Part shown: piece after piece, positions 18,422-28,647 of the stretch
Position numbering within the stretch: position 1 is the first letter of the stretch
Layout of the letters: each line of letters opens with the position of its first letter
NCBI GenBank assembly: GCA_964621905.1
Contig: CAZUNG010000003.1
Coordinates: forward strand, 216,366-280,365
Source of the DNA: an uncultured Ruminococcus sp.
GTDB lineage: Bacteria; Bacillota; Clostridia; Lachnospirales; Lachnospiraceae
DNA: 64,000 nt
Direction of reading: 5' to 3'
The notes under the pieces: generated by a model
Seen by the model: the letters and a program-made list of their open reading frames with translations, nothing else
Database searches by the model: none
Told to the model about the DNA's origin: nothing
Position numbers and translations under genes: made by a program

Positions 18422-19384
18422 ATGAAATCATCAAATATTGGCGGGCAGGCAGTACTGGAAGGAATTATGATGCGCCATGAGGATGTGTATTCCGTGGCGG
18501 TGCGAAAACAGGACGGGGAGATCGAAGTGAAGACGGAACCGTATAAAAGCATTATCAAAAGCCCATTGTTGAAAAAGACGCCGATCGTCCGCGGAGTGTT
18601 TAACTTTATAGAATCACTGGTGGTAGGAATGAAATGCCTGACCTATTCCGCGAGCTTTTATGAAGAAGAAGAGGAGACAGTGACGCTGACGAAGGAAGAA
18701 CAGGAAAAGGCGGACGCTAAAAAAGAGAAGCAGGACAAATTGCTGATGTATGGGACGGTTGCGTTTTCTATTGTGCTGTCGGTAGCTGTTTTTATCATGC
18801 TTCCTTATTTTATTGCGGGATTTCTGAGAAAGATCACAGCTTCAGAACCGCTGATTGCGATCGCTGAGGCGGTTGTCCGGATTGTTATTTTTCTGGGATA
18901 TATTCTGCTGATCTCCAGAATGAAGGATATTCAGAGAGTGTTCATGTACCATGGCGCAGAGCACAAATGTATCAACTGCGTGGAACACGGAATGGAGCTG
19001 ACGGTTGAAAACGTCATGAAAAGTTCACGGGAACATAAACGATGCGGAACTAGTTTTCTTTTGTTTGTCATGATCGTGAGTATCATTTTCTTCTTATTTA
19101 TAAGGGTCCCATCCCCATGGCTTCGCGTCGTCGTGCGCCTGCTGCTCGTTCCGGTCATTGCCGGAGTTTCTTATGAGATTATCCGGATTGCCGGCCGCAG
19201 CGACAATAGAATTGTGAATTTGCTGAGTAAACCGGGGATGGCACTGCAGAGACTGACGACAAGAGAACCGCAGGAAGATATGGTGGAAGTTGCGATCGCA
19301 GCTGTTGAAGCGGTGTTTGACTGGAAAGAATATCTGCAAGTGAACTTTTCAGAGGAAGTTTGCCGGGAAGGACAGCCCGGATGA
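18422..19384 (+). CDS. DUF1385-family membrane protein (YqhQ-like)
   Basis: IGGQAVLEGIMM, YHGAEHK, HKRCGTSF, LTTREP; usual rpmE-prmC-prfA context. Confidence 0.9.
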   Translation: MKSSNIGGQAVLEGIMMRHEDVYSVAVRKQDGEIEVKTEPYKSIIKSPLLKKTPIVRGVFNFIESLVVGMKCLTYSASFYEEEEETVTLTKEEQEKADAKKEKQDKLLMYGTVAFSIVLSVAVFIMLPYFIAGFLRKITASEPLIAIAEAVVRIVIFLGYILLISRMKDIQRVFMYHGAEHKCINCVEHGMELTVENVMKSSREHKRCGTSFLLFVMIVSIIFFLFIRVPSPWLRVVVRLLLVPVIAGVSYEIIRIAGRSDNRIVNLLSKPGMALQRLTTREPQEDMVEVAIAAVEAVFDWKEYLQVNFSEEVCREGQPG

Positions 19385-20217
19385 AGACACTTGGTGAACT
19401 TCTTCGGCAAGGAAGGCAGCAACTGTCGCAGTGCGGGATCGAAAACGGTGAAGCGGATGCGTGGTATTTGCTGGAATACGTTTGCGGTATCGATAAAAAC
19501 TATTATTTTATGCACACGGATGATATAATAGAGGAAACAAAAGAAGAGCAGTACAGACTTCTGGTCGGGCAAAGAAGCCGGCATGTTCCGCTGCAGTACC
19601 TGACCCATACGGCTTACTTTATGGGTCTGTCTTTTTATGTGAATGAACATGTTCTGATACCGAGGCAAGATACGGAGACACTGGTTGAAGCTGTCCTTGA
19701 GAGGATACCGGAAAACGGGCGTGTCCTTGATCTCTGTACGGGTTCCGGATGTATTTTGATCAGCCTCTTAAAATATGGCAGGGGTCTGCAGGGCACGGGA
19801 TCAGATGTTTCAGAGGACGCACTTAAAACTGCACAAAAAAATGCAGCCCGAAATGGGGTGACTGCCAGGTTTGTAAAAAGTGATTTGTTTGAGGATATTG
19901 AGGGAGTATACGATGTGATTGTATCAAACCCGCCGTATATCCGTACGGATGTGATACCGACCCTGATGGAAGAAGTGCGTTTGCATGAACCGCTGCTTGC
20001 GCTGGACGGAAAAGATGACGGTCTGTATTTTTACAGAGAGATTATCCGGTATGCCGGGCGGTATCTGTCTGAACATGGACTTCTGGCATTTGAGATAGGA
20101 TATGACCAGGGAGAGGCATTAAAAGACCTGCTTTGCGATGCGGGATACGGCGATATACAGATCATCCGCGATCTTGCCGGAATGGAACGCGTGGTAGTGG
20201 GAGAAATGCAGGAATAA
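19381..20217 (+). CDS. prmC: Release factor glutamine methyltransferase
   Basis: PLQYL, VLIPRQDTE, LDLCTGSGCI, NPPY, EP..ALDG..DGL.FY. Confidence 0.96.
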   Translation: MKTLGELLRQGRQQLSQCGIENGEADAWYLLEYVCGIDKNYYFMHTDDIIEETKEEQYRLLVGQRSRHVPLQYLTHTAYFMGLSFYVNEHVLIPRQDTETLVEAVLERIPENGRVLDLCTGSGCILISLLKYGRGLQGTGSDVSEDALKTAQKNAARNGVTARFVKSDLFEDIEGVYDVIVSNPPYIRTDVIPTLMEEVRLHEPLLALDGKDDGLYFYREIIRYAGRYLSEHGLLAFEIGYDQGEALKDLLCDAGYGDIQIIRDLAGMERVVVGEMQE

Positions 20218-20242
20218 AATGAAATAACAGGAGGAAAGCATC

Positions 20243-21316
20243 ATGTTTGATAAATTGGAAGATCTTCTGATTCGTTTTGAGGAAATTTTAAGCGAATTAA
20301 ATGAGCCGACCGTGGCGAACGATCAGACCAGATTCCAGAAGCTGATGAAAGAACAAAGTGATTTACAGCCCATTGTAGATGCATATAAAGAATATAAGAA
20401 CTGCAGACAGACGATTGAAGACAGCCTTTCCATGTTGGAGGAAGAATCTGATGCAGATATGCGTGAGATGCTGAAAGAAGAGCTGTCTGATGCGAAAAAA
20501 AGAACGGAAGAGCTGGAGCACACGCTGAAGATTCTGCTGCTTCCCAAGGATCCGAATGACAGCAAGAATGTCATCGTAGAGATCCGCGGCGGCGCAGGCG
20601 GCGATGAGGCTGCTTTGTTTGCGTCGGAGGTGTACCGTATGTATGTAAAATATGCGGAGTCACACCGCTGGAAAACAGAGTTGATCAGTCTGAACGAAAA
20701 TGGAAACGGCGGTTTCAAAGAAGTTACCTTTATGATCAACGGTAATGGAGCTTATTCGCGTTTGAAGTATGAAAGCGGTGTGCACCGCGTTCAGCGTGTG
20801 CCGGAGACAGAGTCGAGCGGACGCATCCATACATCGACGATCACTGTGGCCATCATGCCTGAGGCAGAGGAAATTGATTTTCAGCTTGATATGAATGACT
20901 GTAAATTTGATGTGTTCCGGGCTTCCGGAAACGGAGGGCAGTGTGTCAATACGACGGACTCAGCGGTGCGCCTGACACATATCCCGAGCGGCATTGTGAT
21001 TTCCTGTCAGGACGAAAAATCACAGCTGAAGAATAAAGAAAAGGCACTCAAGGTGTTAAGGGCGCGTCTTTATGAGATGGAACTTGAAAAACAGCACGAT
21101 GCCGAGGCGGAAGCCAGAAGAAGCCAGGTCGGAACGGGGGACCGTTCCGAGAAAATCCGTACGTATAATTTCCCGCAGGGGCGCGTGACGGATCACCGGA
21201 TTAAACTGACATTGCATAAACTGGATAACATTATGAACGGAGACCTGGATGAAATTATTGATAGTCTGATCGCGGCAGATCAGGCTGCAAAGCTCAGCAA
21301 ACTGCAGGAGGATTGA
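20243..21316 (+). CDS. prfA: Peptide chain release factor 1
   Basis: [21 protein letters not shown] (PxT), SGNGGQCVN (GGQ), [10 protein letters not shown]. Confidence 0.98.
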   Translation: MFDKLEDLLIRFEEILSELNEPTVANDQTRFQKLMKEQSDLQPIVDAYKEYKNCRQTIEDSLSMLEEESDADMREMLKEELSDAKKRTEELEHTLKILLLPKDPNDSKNVIVEIRGGAGGDEAALFASEVYRMYVKYAESHRWKTELISLNENGNGGFKEVTFMINGNGAYSRLKYESGVHRVQRVPETESSGRIHTSTITVAIMPEAEEIDFQLDMNDCKFDVFRASGNGGQCVNTTDSAVRLTHIPSGIVISCQDEKSQLKNKEKALKVLRARLYEMELEKQHDAEAEARRSQVGTGDRSEKIRTYNFPQGRVTDHRIKLTLHKLDNIMNGDLDEIIDSLIAADQAAKLSKLQED

Positions 21317-21359
21317 TGCCCCGAAGCTGAGGAAAAAGAAAAGGTACAGGAGAGAAGTT

Positions 21360-22292
21360 ATGGTGAAAAAAACAGCGCTGGTAATCATGGCAGCAGGAAT
21401 TGGCAGTCGGTTTGGAAAAGGCATCAAACAGCTGGAGCCGGTAGGCCCGAGTGGGGAAATCATTATGGATTATTCCATCCACGACGCACTTGAAGCGGGG
21501 TTTAATAAGGTTGTGTTTATTATCCGGAAAGATCTGGAAAAAGACTTTAAAGAAATCATTGGAAACCGGATTGAAAAGCTGACAGAAGTGGTATATGCGT
21601 TTCAGGAGCTTGATGACCTCCCAAATGGATTTGTAAAACCCGGTGACCGTACAAAACCGTGGGGGACGGGGCAGGCGGTTCTTAGCTGTAAGGGGTTGAT
21701 TGAAGAGCCGTTCGTTGTTATCAATGCTGACGATTACTATGGCAAAGAGCCGTTTGTAAAACTGCATGATTACCTTGTAAATGAGATGCCGGCGGCAGAT
21801 GGGCAGTATGACATCTGCATGGCAGGATTTATGCTGGGGAATACACTGAGTGATAACGGCGGAGTGACCCGCGGGATCTGTCGTATGGATAAAGAAAATA
21901 ACCTGGTTGGCATAGCAGAGACGAAAAATATAATAAAAACTGCTGATGGCGCCGGTATTCAGACGGGAGACAACGTGATTCCGGTTGCCCTGAGTTCCAA
22001 AGTATCCATGAACATGTGGGGACTGCAGCCTGAATTTGTGGATGAGCTTGAAGCGGGGTTTGTAAAATTTCTTTCCGCACTGTCCCCGGAGGATCCGAAA
22101 CAGGAATATCTTCTGCCGACGATTATTGACGGACTGCTGCAGGAAAAACGAGCAAAGGTACACGTGATCAATACAGATGCACAATGGTTTGGTGTTACAT
22201 ACCGGGAAGATAAAGATTCTGTTGTAACGGCATTCAAAAAGCTGATTGCAGAGGGAGTTTATCAGGAAAAATTGTTTGATTCTTGTGATTGA
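21360..22292 (+). CDS. Sugar-phosphate nucleotidyltransferase family protein
   Basis: MAAGIGSRFG..KQL, KPWGTGQA, VINADDYYG. Confidence 0.85.
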   Translation: MVKKTALVIMAAGIGSRFGKGIKQLEPVGPSGEIIMDYSIHDALEAGFNKVVFIIRKDLEKDFKEIIGNRIEKLTEVVYAFQELDDLPNGFVKPGDRTKPWGTGQAVLSCKGLIEEPFVVINADDYYGKEPFVKLHDYLVNEMPAADGQYDICMAGFMLGNTLSDNGGVTRGICRMDKENNLVGIAETKNIIKTADGAGIQTGDNVIPVALSSKVSMNMWGLQPEFVDELEAGFVKFLSALSPEDPKQEYLLPTIIDGLLQEKRAKVHVINTDAQWFGVTYREDKDSVVTAFKKLIAEGVYQEKLFDSCD

Positions 22293-22305
22293 TAAGGAGT
22301 GCAGA

Positions 22306-23652
22306 ATGGGAAAATATTTCGGAACTGATGGATTCAGAGGAGAAGCCAATATTGATTTGACGGTGGAGCATGCCTATAAAGTAGGCCGTTTCCTGGGATG
22401 GTACTTTGGAAGGGAGCATAAGGCGCAGATTGTGATCGGGAAGGATACGAGACGCAGCAGTTACATGTTCGAATATTCTCTTGTAGCGGGACTTACAGCT
22501 TCCGGAGCGGATGTGTACCTTCTCCATGTGACGACAACGCCGAGTGTATCTTATGTTGTACGAACTGAGAATTTTGACTGCGGCATTATGATCTCTGCCA
22601 GTCATAATCCATTCTACGACAATGGGATCAAGGTTATCAATGGTATGGGACAGAAGATGGAAGCGGATGTCGAGGCAGAAATAGAGGCTTATATCGATGA
22701 TGAGATACCGAAAATTCCATTTGCGGTCAAAGAAGATATCGGACGGACGGTGGATTTCTCTGCCGGCAGAAACCGTTATATCGGTTATTTAATTTCATTG
22801 CCCACCCGCTCCTTTAAGAATATGCGGGTAGGCCTGGACTGCTCAAACGGAAGTGCGTCATCGATCGCGAAGAGTGTGTTTGATGCGCTGGGAGCGAAAA
22901 CATATGTCATCAATAATGAACCTGACGGCACCAATATTAATCAGAACTGCGGCTCCACGCATATTGAAATTCTGCAGAAATTTGTAAGAGAAAAACATCT
23001 CGATGTGGGATTTGCCTATGACGGGGATGCAGACCGCTGTATTGCAGTGGACGAGACGGGAAAAGTAATTGACGGGGATTTAATACTCTATGTCTGCGGA
23101 AAATACCTGAAAGAGCAGGGGCGTCTTGACAACAATACGATTGTAACGACGATCATGTCCAATCTGGGACTTTACAAGGCGTGTGACCGTGAAGGAATTC
23201 ACTATGAAAAGACGGCGGTGGGCGATAAATATGTCTGTGAAAATATGATGACATACGGTCACAGTCTGGGCGGTGAGCAGTCAGGACACATCATTTTCAG
23301 CAAACATGCGACGACCGGAGATGGGATTCTGACTTCTCTTATGGTTATGGAGGTAATCCTGGAAAAGAAGCTGCCGCTTTCTGTACTTGCGTCAGAAGTG
23401 GTGATCTATCCGCAGCTGCTGAAAAATGTGCGTGTTGCGAATAAACAGGAAGCCCGTGAGAATATAAACGTGCAGAGCGTGGTGAAATCTGTCAGCGAAA
23501 GGCTTGGAGAGGACGGGCGCATTCTGGTGCGCGAAAGCGGAACTGAGCCGGTAATCCGCGTGATGGTAGAAGCAGAAGACGATGAGATCTGCCGGGAATG
23601 TGTCGACAGAGTGATCACGGTGATGACAGAAGAAGATTTAATTGTAGGATAG
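22306..23652 (+). CDS. glmM: Phosphoglucosamine mutase
   Basis: YFGTDGFRG, ISASHNP, DGDADR, GGEQSGH, RESGTEP.IRVMVE. Confidence 0.96.
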   Translation: MGKYFGTDGFRGEANIDLTVEHAYKVGRFLGWYFGREHKAQIVIGKDTRRSSYMFEYSLVAGLTASGADVYLLHVTTTPSVSYVVRTENFDCGIMISASHNPFYDNGIKVINGMGQKMEADVEAEIEAYIDDEIPKIPFAVKEDIGRTVDFSAGRNRYIGYLISLPTRSFKNMRVGLDCSNGSASSIAKSVFDALGAKTYVINNEPDGTNINQNCGSTHIEILQKFVREKHLDVGFAYDGDADRCIAVDETGKVIDGDLILYVCGKYLKEQGRLDNNTIVTTIMSNLGLYKACDREGIHYEKTAVGDKYVCENMMTYGHSLGGEQSGHIIFSKHATTGDGILTSLMVMEVILEKKLPLSVLASEVVIYPQLLKNVRVANKQEARENINVQSVVKSVSERLGEDGRILVRESGTEPVIRVMVEAEDDEICRECVDRVITVMTEEDLIVG

Positions 23653-23671
23653 ATATAGAGGAACTGTTCAG

Positions 23672-24709
23672 ATGAGAAAAAAGTGTTTGGTGCTGGCAGC
23701 CTGCGTGATGATCCTCGCGTCAGGCTGCGGCAGTTCGTCCAATGAGGAATACTATGAAGAGGGAATTGCCTGCATGGAGAAAAATGATTATGAGGGAGCC
23801 GTAAAACTGCTGAATCAGGCGGTTGCACAGGAGGAAAGACTTCCCGAAACTTACAGGGCACTTGGGATCAGTCAGCTTGAGCTGGGAGACAGTGCATCTG
23901 CCATAGCGGCATTTTCAAGGAGCTTAAATTCATTGGAAAATACAAACGTCGCATTTGAAAAAGACGTTATGTATTATCTTGCATCGGCACGGATGGATTA
24001 TGGAGAATATGAGAAAGCAGCAGAAGTCTATACGGATGTTTTGAAACTGGAGAAAAGTCCGGAGACTTATTTCATGCGGGGCTGTGTTTATCTGGAACTG
24101 GAGGATCAGGAAGAGGCTGCCAATGATTTTGACAGTGCGGTAAAGGACAGCCGGGATTATGAGATGTATCTGAAGATTTTCCAGGCATATGCTAAAAAAG
24201 ATGATACGCTGACGGGAGAAACGTATCTCCAAAGAGCACTCGAGTTTAAGCCGAAGGAGGCATCGGATTATTATAACCGGGGCCGGATCTATTACGAGCT
24301 GAAAGATTATGAGAGTGCCAGGGAAGAACTGACAGAAGCCATCAATGAAGGGGACTCGGATGCGGTTCTGCTGCTTGGCAAGGTCTATCTGTCGGTCGAT
24401 GATGCGGCAAGTGCAAGGGGACTTTATCAGGACTACCTGAAAGAAGAAAAAAATCAGGCAAAAGCGTACAATGGACTGGCCATGTGTGATATCTTCGAAA
24501 AAAATTATGACAATGCACTGGACAATATTCAGAAAGGACTGGAGTGTAATGAGGAATCAGAAACCCAGAGTCTGTTGTTTAATGAAATTGTCGTGTATGA
24601 GTATCAACTTGATTTTGAGACTGCAAAGACTAAGATGGCAGAATATCTGGAACAATATCCAGATGATCAGACTGCCATAAGAGAAAATGAATTTTTAAAA
24701 AGCAGATAG
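23672..24709 (+). CDS. TPR-repeat lipoprotein
   Basis: Lipobox LASGC and several TPR-like repeats. Confidence 0.8.
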   Translation: MRKKCLVLAACVMILASGCGSSSNEEYYEEGIACMEKNDYEGAVKLLNQAVAQEERLPETYRALGISQLELGDSASAIAAFSRSLNSLENTNVAFEKDVMYYLASARMDYGEYEKAAEVYTDVLKLEKSPETYFMRGCVYLELEDQEEAANDFDSAVKDSRDYEMYLKIFQAYAKKDDTLTGETYLQRALEFKPKEASDYYNRGRIYYELKDYESAREELTEAINEGDSDAVLLLGKVYLSVDDAASARGLYQDYLKEEKNQAKAYNGLAMCDIFEKNYDNALDNIQKGLECNEESETQSLLFNEIVVYEYQLDFETAKTKMAEYLEQYPDDQTAIRENEFLKSR

Positions 24710-24779
24710 TCTGTACTGGGGAGTGCGGGTAAGGGGAGAGGTAACCGAAAAAGTTGCATTTAACAAACAGGGGTGGGCT

Positions 24780-26021
24780 ATGCAATTATATGAATCAAAA
24801 AACATGGAAGAGCGGGTCATCTTGATCGGGATTCAGACTGATGCCAGTGACGATACACAAAAATCACTGCGGGAGCTCGAAGAACTTGTGGAAACGGCGG
24901 GAGCTGTTACTGTAGGGGAAGTCATCCAAAAAAGAGAAAATATTCATCCGGTAAGTTATGTGGGTCCGGGGAAGCTGGAAGAGCTGAGAGAACTTCTCTA
25001 TACACTGGATGCCACGGGAATTATCTGCGACGATGAACTTTCCCCGGCACAGTACGGGACACTGGAAAGTGAACTTCAGTGCAAGGTAATGGACCGCACG
25101 TTGGTAATTCTCGATATTTTTGCAGGTCGGGCTGTCACAAAAGAAGGTAAGCTGCAGGTTGAGCTTGCGCAGTTGAAGTATCGTGCCGCCAGGCTCGTAG
25201 GTCTGCGCAATTCGATGTCACGGCTGGGCGGAGGAATTGGAACGCGCGGACCTGGCGAGAAGAAACTTGAGATGGACCGCCGTATGATCCGCAACAGGAT
25301 TACACAGCTGAAACAGGATCTGGAAGAAATGAAACGTCACAGGGAGCTGCTGCGGGGTCAGCGAATCAAGAGCAACCAGAAAGTAGCTGCGATTGTCGGG
25401 TACACGAATGCCGGAAAATCAACGCTTTTGAATACGCTGACAGGGGCATCTGTGCTCGAGGAAAACAAGCTGTTTGCGACACTGGATCCGACGACTCGTG
25501 TGCTTGATCTCCCGGGCAGACAGCAGATTTTACTGACGGATACGGTGGGGTTCATAAGAAAACTGCCGCATCATCTGGTCGATGCATTTAAGAGCACGCT
25601 GGAAGAGGCAAAATATGCGGACATTATTATCCATGTGGTAGATGCATCAAATCCGCAGATGGACGAGCAGATGCATATTGTATATGACACCCTTCGGCAG
25701 CTGGGGATAGAGGGTAAGAAGATCATTACACTTTTTAACAAACAGGATCAGGTAGACTGTCCGGAAAATCTGAAAGACCTTCAGGCTGACTGTGTCATCA
25801 GAATCTCGGCCAAGACGGGGAGTGGTTTGGAGGAACTGAAAGAAGAGCTGGTTCGTATGCTCCAGGCGGATCAGATATATATTGAACGGTTCTATGGGTA
25901 TGACAGAGCGAATATTATCAGTATGATTCGCCAGGTCGGGCAGGTTGTAGAAGAGGAATACTATCCGGAAGGGATCTCCGTCAAAGCCTATGTACCAGTG
26001 GAGATCTATGGAAAAGTCTGA
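24780..26021 (+). CDS. hflX: GTPase HflX
   Basis: KLQVELAQLKY, GPGEKKLE.DRR, GYTNAGKST, DTVGF, NKQD; start codon uncertain (24723/24780/24804). Confidence 0.96.
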   Translation: MQLYESKNMEERVILIGIQTDASDDTQKSLRELEELVETAGAVTVGEVIQKRENIHPVSYVGPGKLEELRELLYTLDATGIICDDELSPAQYGTLESELQCKVMDRTLVILDIFAGRAVTKEGKLQVELAQLKYRAARLVGLRNSMSRLGGGIGTRGPGEKKLEMDRRMIRNRITQLKQDLEEMKRHRELLRGQRIKSNQKVAAIVGYTNAGKSTLLNTLTGASVLEENKLFATLDPTTRVLDLPGRQQILLTDTVGFIRKLPHHLVDAFKSTLEEAKYADIIIHVVDASNPQMDEQMHIVYDTLRQLGIEGKKIITLFNKQDQVDCPENLKDLQADCVIRISAKTGSGLEELKEELVRMLQADQIYIERFYGYDRANIISMIRQVGQVVEEEYYPEGISVKAYVPVEIYGKV

Positions 26022-26048
26022 CTGTTAAAGTCTGTAAATTTTGAAAAC

Positions 26049-26095
26049 CCCCTAGAATTGGGGGTGCCGGAAAATTTACATACAATATATGGTAT
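26049..26095. promoter_or_regulatory. Tandem NrdR boxes
   Basis: ATACAATATATGGTAT (26080-26095) fits acaCwAtATaTwGtgt; a weaker box at 26049-26064 lies 31 bp upstream. Confidence 0.7.
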
Positions 26096-26103
26096 TTTTT
26101 GTA

Positions 26104-26132
26104 TTGACGACTCTTAAATCCTCTGATATGAT
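26104..26132 (+). promoter_or_regulatory. sigmaA promoter of nrdD
   Basis: TTGACG-17-TATGAT. Confidence 0.75.
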
Positions 26133-26182
26133 AGTCCCATAGCGCAGTCAGGGACTTAAAGATTGCAGAGGAGGCAGATGTA

Positions 26183-28546
26183 ATGTTTAAAGTGGAAAAA
26201 AGAGACGGAGCCATTGCTGATTTTGAGCTTGCCAAGATTACAGAGGCGGTTCGCAAGGCATTTGAAGCGAACCAAAAGCAATACAGTCAGGATATGCTTG
26301 AGATGGTGAGTCTGCGTGTCACCTCTGATTTTCAGAAAAAAATCAAAGAGGATCGGGTTAATGTAGAAGATATTCAGGACAGTGTGGAAAATGTTTTGAT
26401 TCAATGTGGATATTCGGACGTCGCGAAAGCTTATATCCTGTACAGAAAGCAGCGCGAAAAGGTCCGCAATATGAAATCCACGATCCTGGACTACAAAGAG
26501 ATTGTAAACAGCTATGTCAAAGTGGAGGACTGGCGTGTAAAAGAAAATTCCACAGTAACGTATTCAGTAGGAGGCCTGATCTTAAGCAACAGCGGTGCAG
26601 TGACTGCCAATTACTGGTTATCGGAGATCTATGATCCGGAGATCGCGGATGCACACCGGCATGCAGATATCCACATTCACGATTTATCCATGCTGACCGG
26701 ATATTGTGCCGGCTGGTCGCTGAAGCAGCTGATCATGGAAGGCCTGGGGGGCATCAAGGGAAAGATTACGTCTTCGCCGGCAAAGCATCTGAGCGTACTC
26801 TGCAACCAGATGGTTAATTTCCTGGGAATCATGCAGAACGAATGGGCAGGAGCACAGGCGTTTTCTTCTTTTGATACATACCTTGCTCCGTTTGTTAAAG
26901 CAGATAACCTTTCTTATCCGGAGGTGAAGAAATGCATTGAATCCTTTATCTACGGCGTGAATACACCGAGCCGCTGGGGAACACAGGCTCCATTTTCCAA
27001 CATCACGCTGGACTGGACCGTACCTCAGGACCTTGCAGAACTTCCGGCGATTGTGGGCGGAAAAGAGATGGATTTCCGGTATAAAGACTGTAAGCCGGAG
27101 ATGGATATGATCAACCGGGCATTTATCGAGACCATGATCGAGGGGGATGCCAACGGGAGAGGATTTCAGTATCCAATTCCGACATACTCCATTACCTCAG
27201 ACTTTGACTGGTCGGATACGCTGAATAACCGTCTGCTGTTTGAGATGACAGCGAAATACGGAACACCGTATTTTTCAAATTATATCAACAGCGATATGGA
27301 GCCGAGTGACGTGAGGAGCATGTGTTGCCGTCTGCGTCTGGATCTGAGAGAACTGAGAAAGAAGACGGGCGGATTTTTTGGTTCCGGTGAGAGCACTGGC
27401 TCAGTCGGCGTCGTGACAATCAATATGCCGCGAATCGCATATCTGGCAAAAAATGAAAAAGACTTCTATCAGAGACTGGATCATATGATGGACCTGAGCG
27501 CAAGGTCACTTCATGTGAAACGCGAAGTCATCACGAAGCTGCTGAATGAAGGTCTTTATCCATACACGAAGCGATATCTGGGAACCTTTGACAATCATTT
27601 CTCTACAATTGGCCTGATTGGTATGAATGAGGTAGGGCTGAATGCAAAATGGCTCGGAGGAGACATGACGGATGCACGTACACAGGAATTTACGAAAGAA
27701 GTCCTGAAGCATATGCGCAATAAGCTTTCTGATTATCAGGAAGAATACGGAGATTTGTATAATCTGGAGGCAACACCGGCAGAGTCGACGACATACCGTC
27801 TGGCAAAGCATGACAGGGAAAAATGGCCGGATATTAAAACTGCCGGAAGTAAGGGTGATACGCCGTACTATACCAACAGTTCGCATCTTCCGGTTGAATT
27901 TACATCAGATATATTTGATGCGCTTGACATTCAGGATGAGCTCCAGAGCTTATATACTTCGGGTACAGTATTCCATGCATTCCTTGGGGAGAAACTGCCG
28001 GACTGGCAGTCGGCGGCATCTCTGGTCCGAAAGATTGCGGAGAATTATACCCTGCCGTACTATACACTCTCACCAACGTATTCTGTATGCAAGGATCACG
28101 GCTATATTGCAGGTGAACATTTCACATGTCCGACATGCGGTCATCCGGCTGAGGTTTACAGCAGAATTACAGGATATTATCGTCCGGTACAGAACTGGAA
28201 CGACGGCAAGAGCCAGGAATATAAAAACCGGACGGTATATGATATCGAAAGCTCTTCTGTTAAGAAGTCAAAAGGGACAGCAGCAGCCGTCATTGATGAA
28301 GCGGTATCTGTGGAAAATGGCGACGGCTTGAAATATCTGTTTACGACAAGAACGTGTCCGAACTGTAAGGCGGCCAAAGAGATGCTGGAGGGTGAAGAAT
28401 ATGAAGTGATCGATGCGGAGGCAAATCCGGATCTCGCAGCAAAATACGGCATCATGCAGGCTCCGACACTGGTGATTGTGGACGGTGACAACATGAAAAA
28501 ATATGTAAATGCTTCAAACATTCAGAAGTATGTAGAGACACACTGA
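26183..28546 (+). CDS. nrdD: Class III anaerobic ribonucleoside-triphosphate reductase with ATP cone and C-terminal glutaredoxin-like domain
   Basis: VEKRDG ATP cone, MCCRL, Zn ribbon CKDH..CPTC, glycyl-radical loop YSRITGYYRP, C-terminal CPNC...IMQAPTL. Confidence 0.95.
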   Translation: MFKVEKRDGAIADFELAKITEAVRKAFEANQKQYSQDMLEMVSLRVTSDFQKKIKEDRVNVEDIQDSVENVLIQCGYSDVAKAYILYRKQREKVRNMKSTILDYKEIVNSYVKVEDWRVKENSTVTYSVGGLILSNSGAVTANYWLSEIYDPEIADAHRHADIHIHDLSMLTGYCAGWSLKQLIMEGLGGIKGKITSSPAKHLSVLCNQMVNFLGIMQNEWAGAQAFSSFDTYLAPFVKADNLSYPEVKKCIESFIYGVNTPSRWGTQAPFSNITLDWTVPQDLAELPAIVGGKEMDFRYKDCKPEMDMINRAFIETMIEGDANGRGFQYPIPTYSITSDFDWSDTLNNRLLFEMTAKYGTPYFSNYINSDMEPSDVRSMCCRLRLDLRELRKKTGGFFGSGESTGSVGVVTINMPRIAYLAKNEKDFYQRLDHMMDLSARSLHVKREVITKLLNEGLYPYTKRYLGTFDNHFSTIGLIGMNEVGLNAKWLGGDMTDARTQEFTKEVLKHMRNKLSDYQEEYGDLYNLEATPAESTTYRLAKHDREKWPDIKTAGSKGDTPYYTNSSHLPVEFTSDIFDALDIQDELQSLYTSGTVFHAFLGEKLPDWQSAASLVRKIAENYTLPYYTLSPTYSVCKDHGYIAGEHFTCPTCGHPAEVYSRITGYYRPVQNWNDGKSQEYKNRTVYDIESSSVKKSKGTAAAVIDEAVSVENGDGLKYLFTTRTCPNCKAAKEMLEGEEYEVIDAEANPDLAAKYGIMQAPTLVIVDGDNMKKYVNASNIQKYVETH

Positions 28547-28564
28547 GAGTTTTAGCAATGTGGA

Positions 28565-28607
28565 GAGAGATGGTTTGGAAGGCGGTCAGCCGGGAGCCAT
28601 CTCTTTT
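28565..28607 (+). terminator. Probable terminator after nrdD
   Basis: AGAGATGGT...GCCATCTCT-TTT. Confidence 0.6.
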
Positions 28608-28647
28608 AAATTTGTGTACGCATTGAAGGATGAAAGAGGGATAGAAG

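Noticed and set aside
21294-22349. 351-aa antisense ORF
   Set aside because: Lies entirely opposite the nucleotidyltransferase gene, has no motifs or RBS; a shadow ORF.
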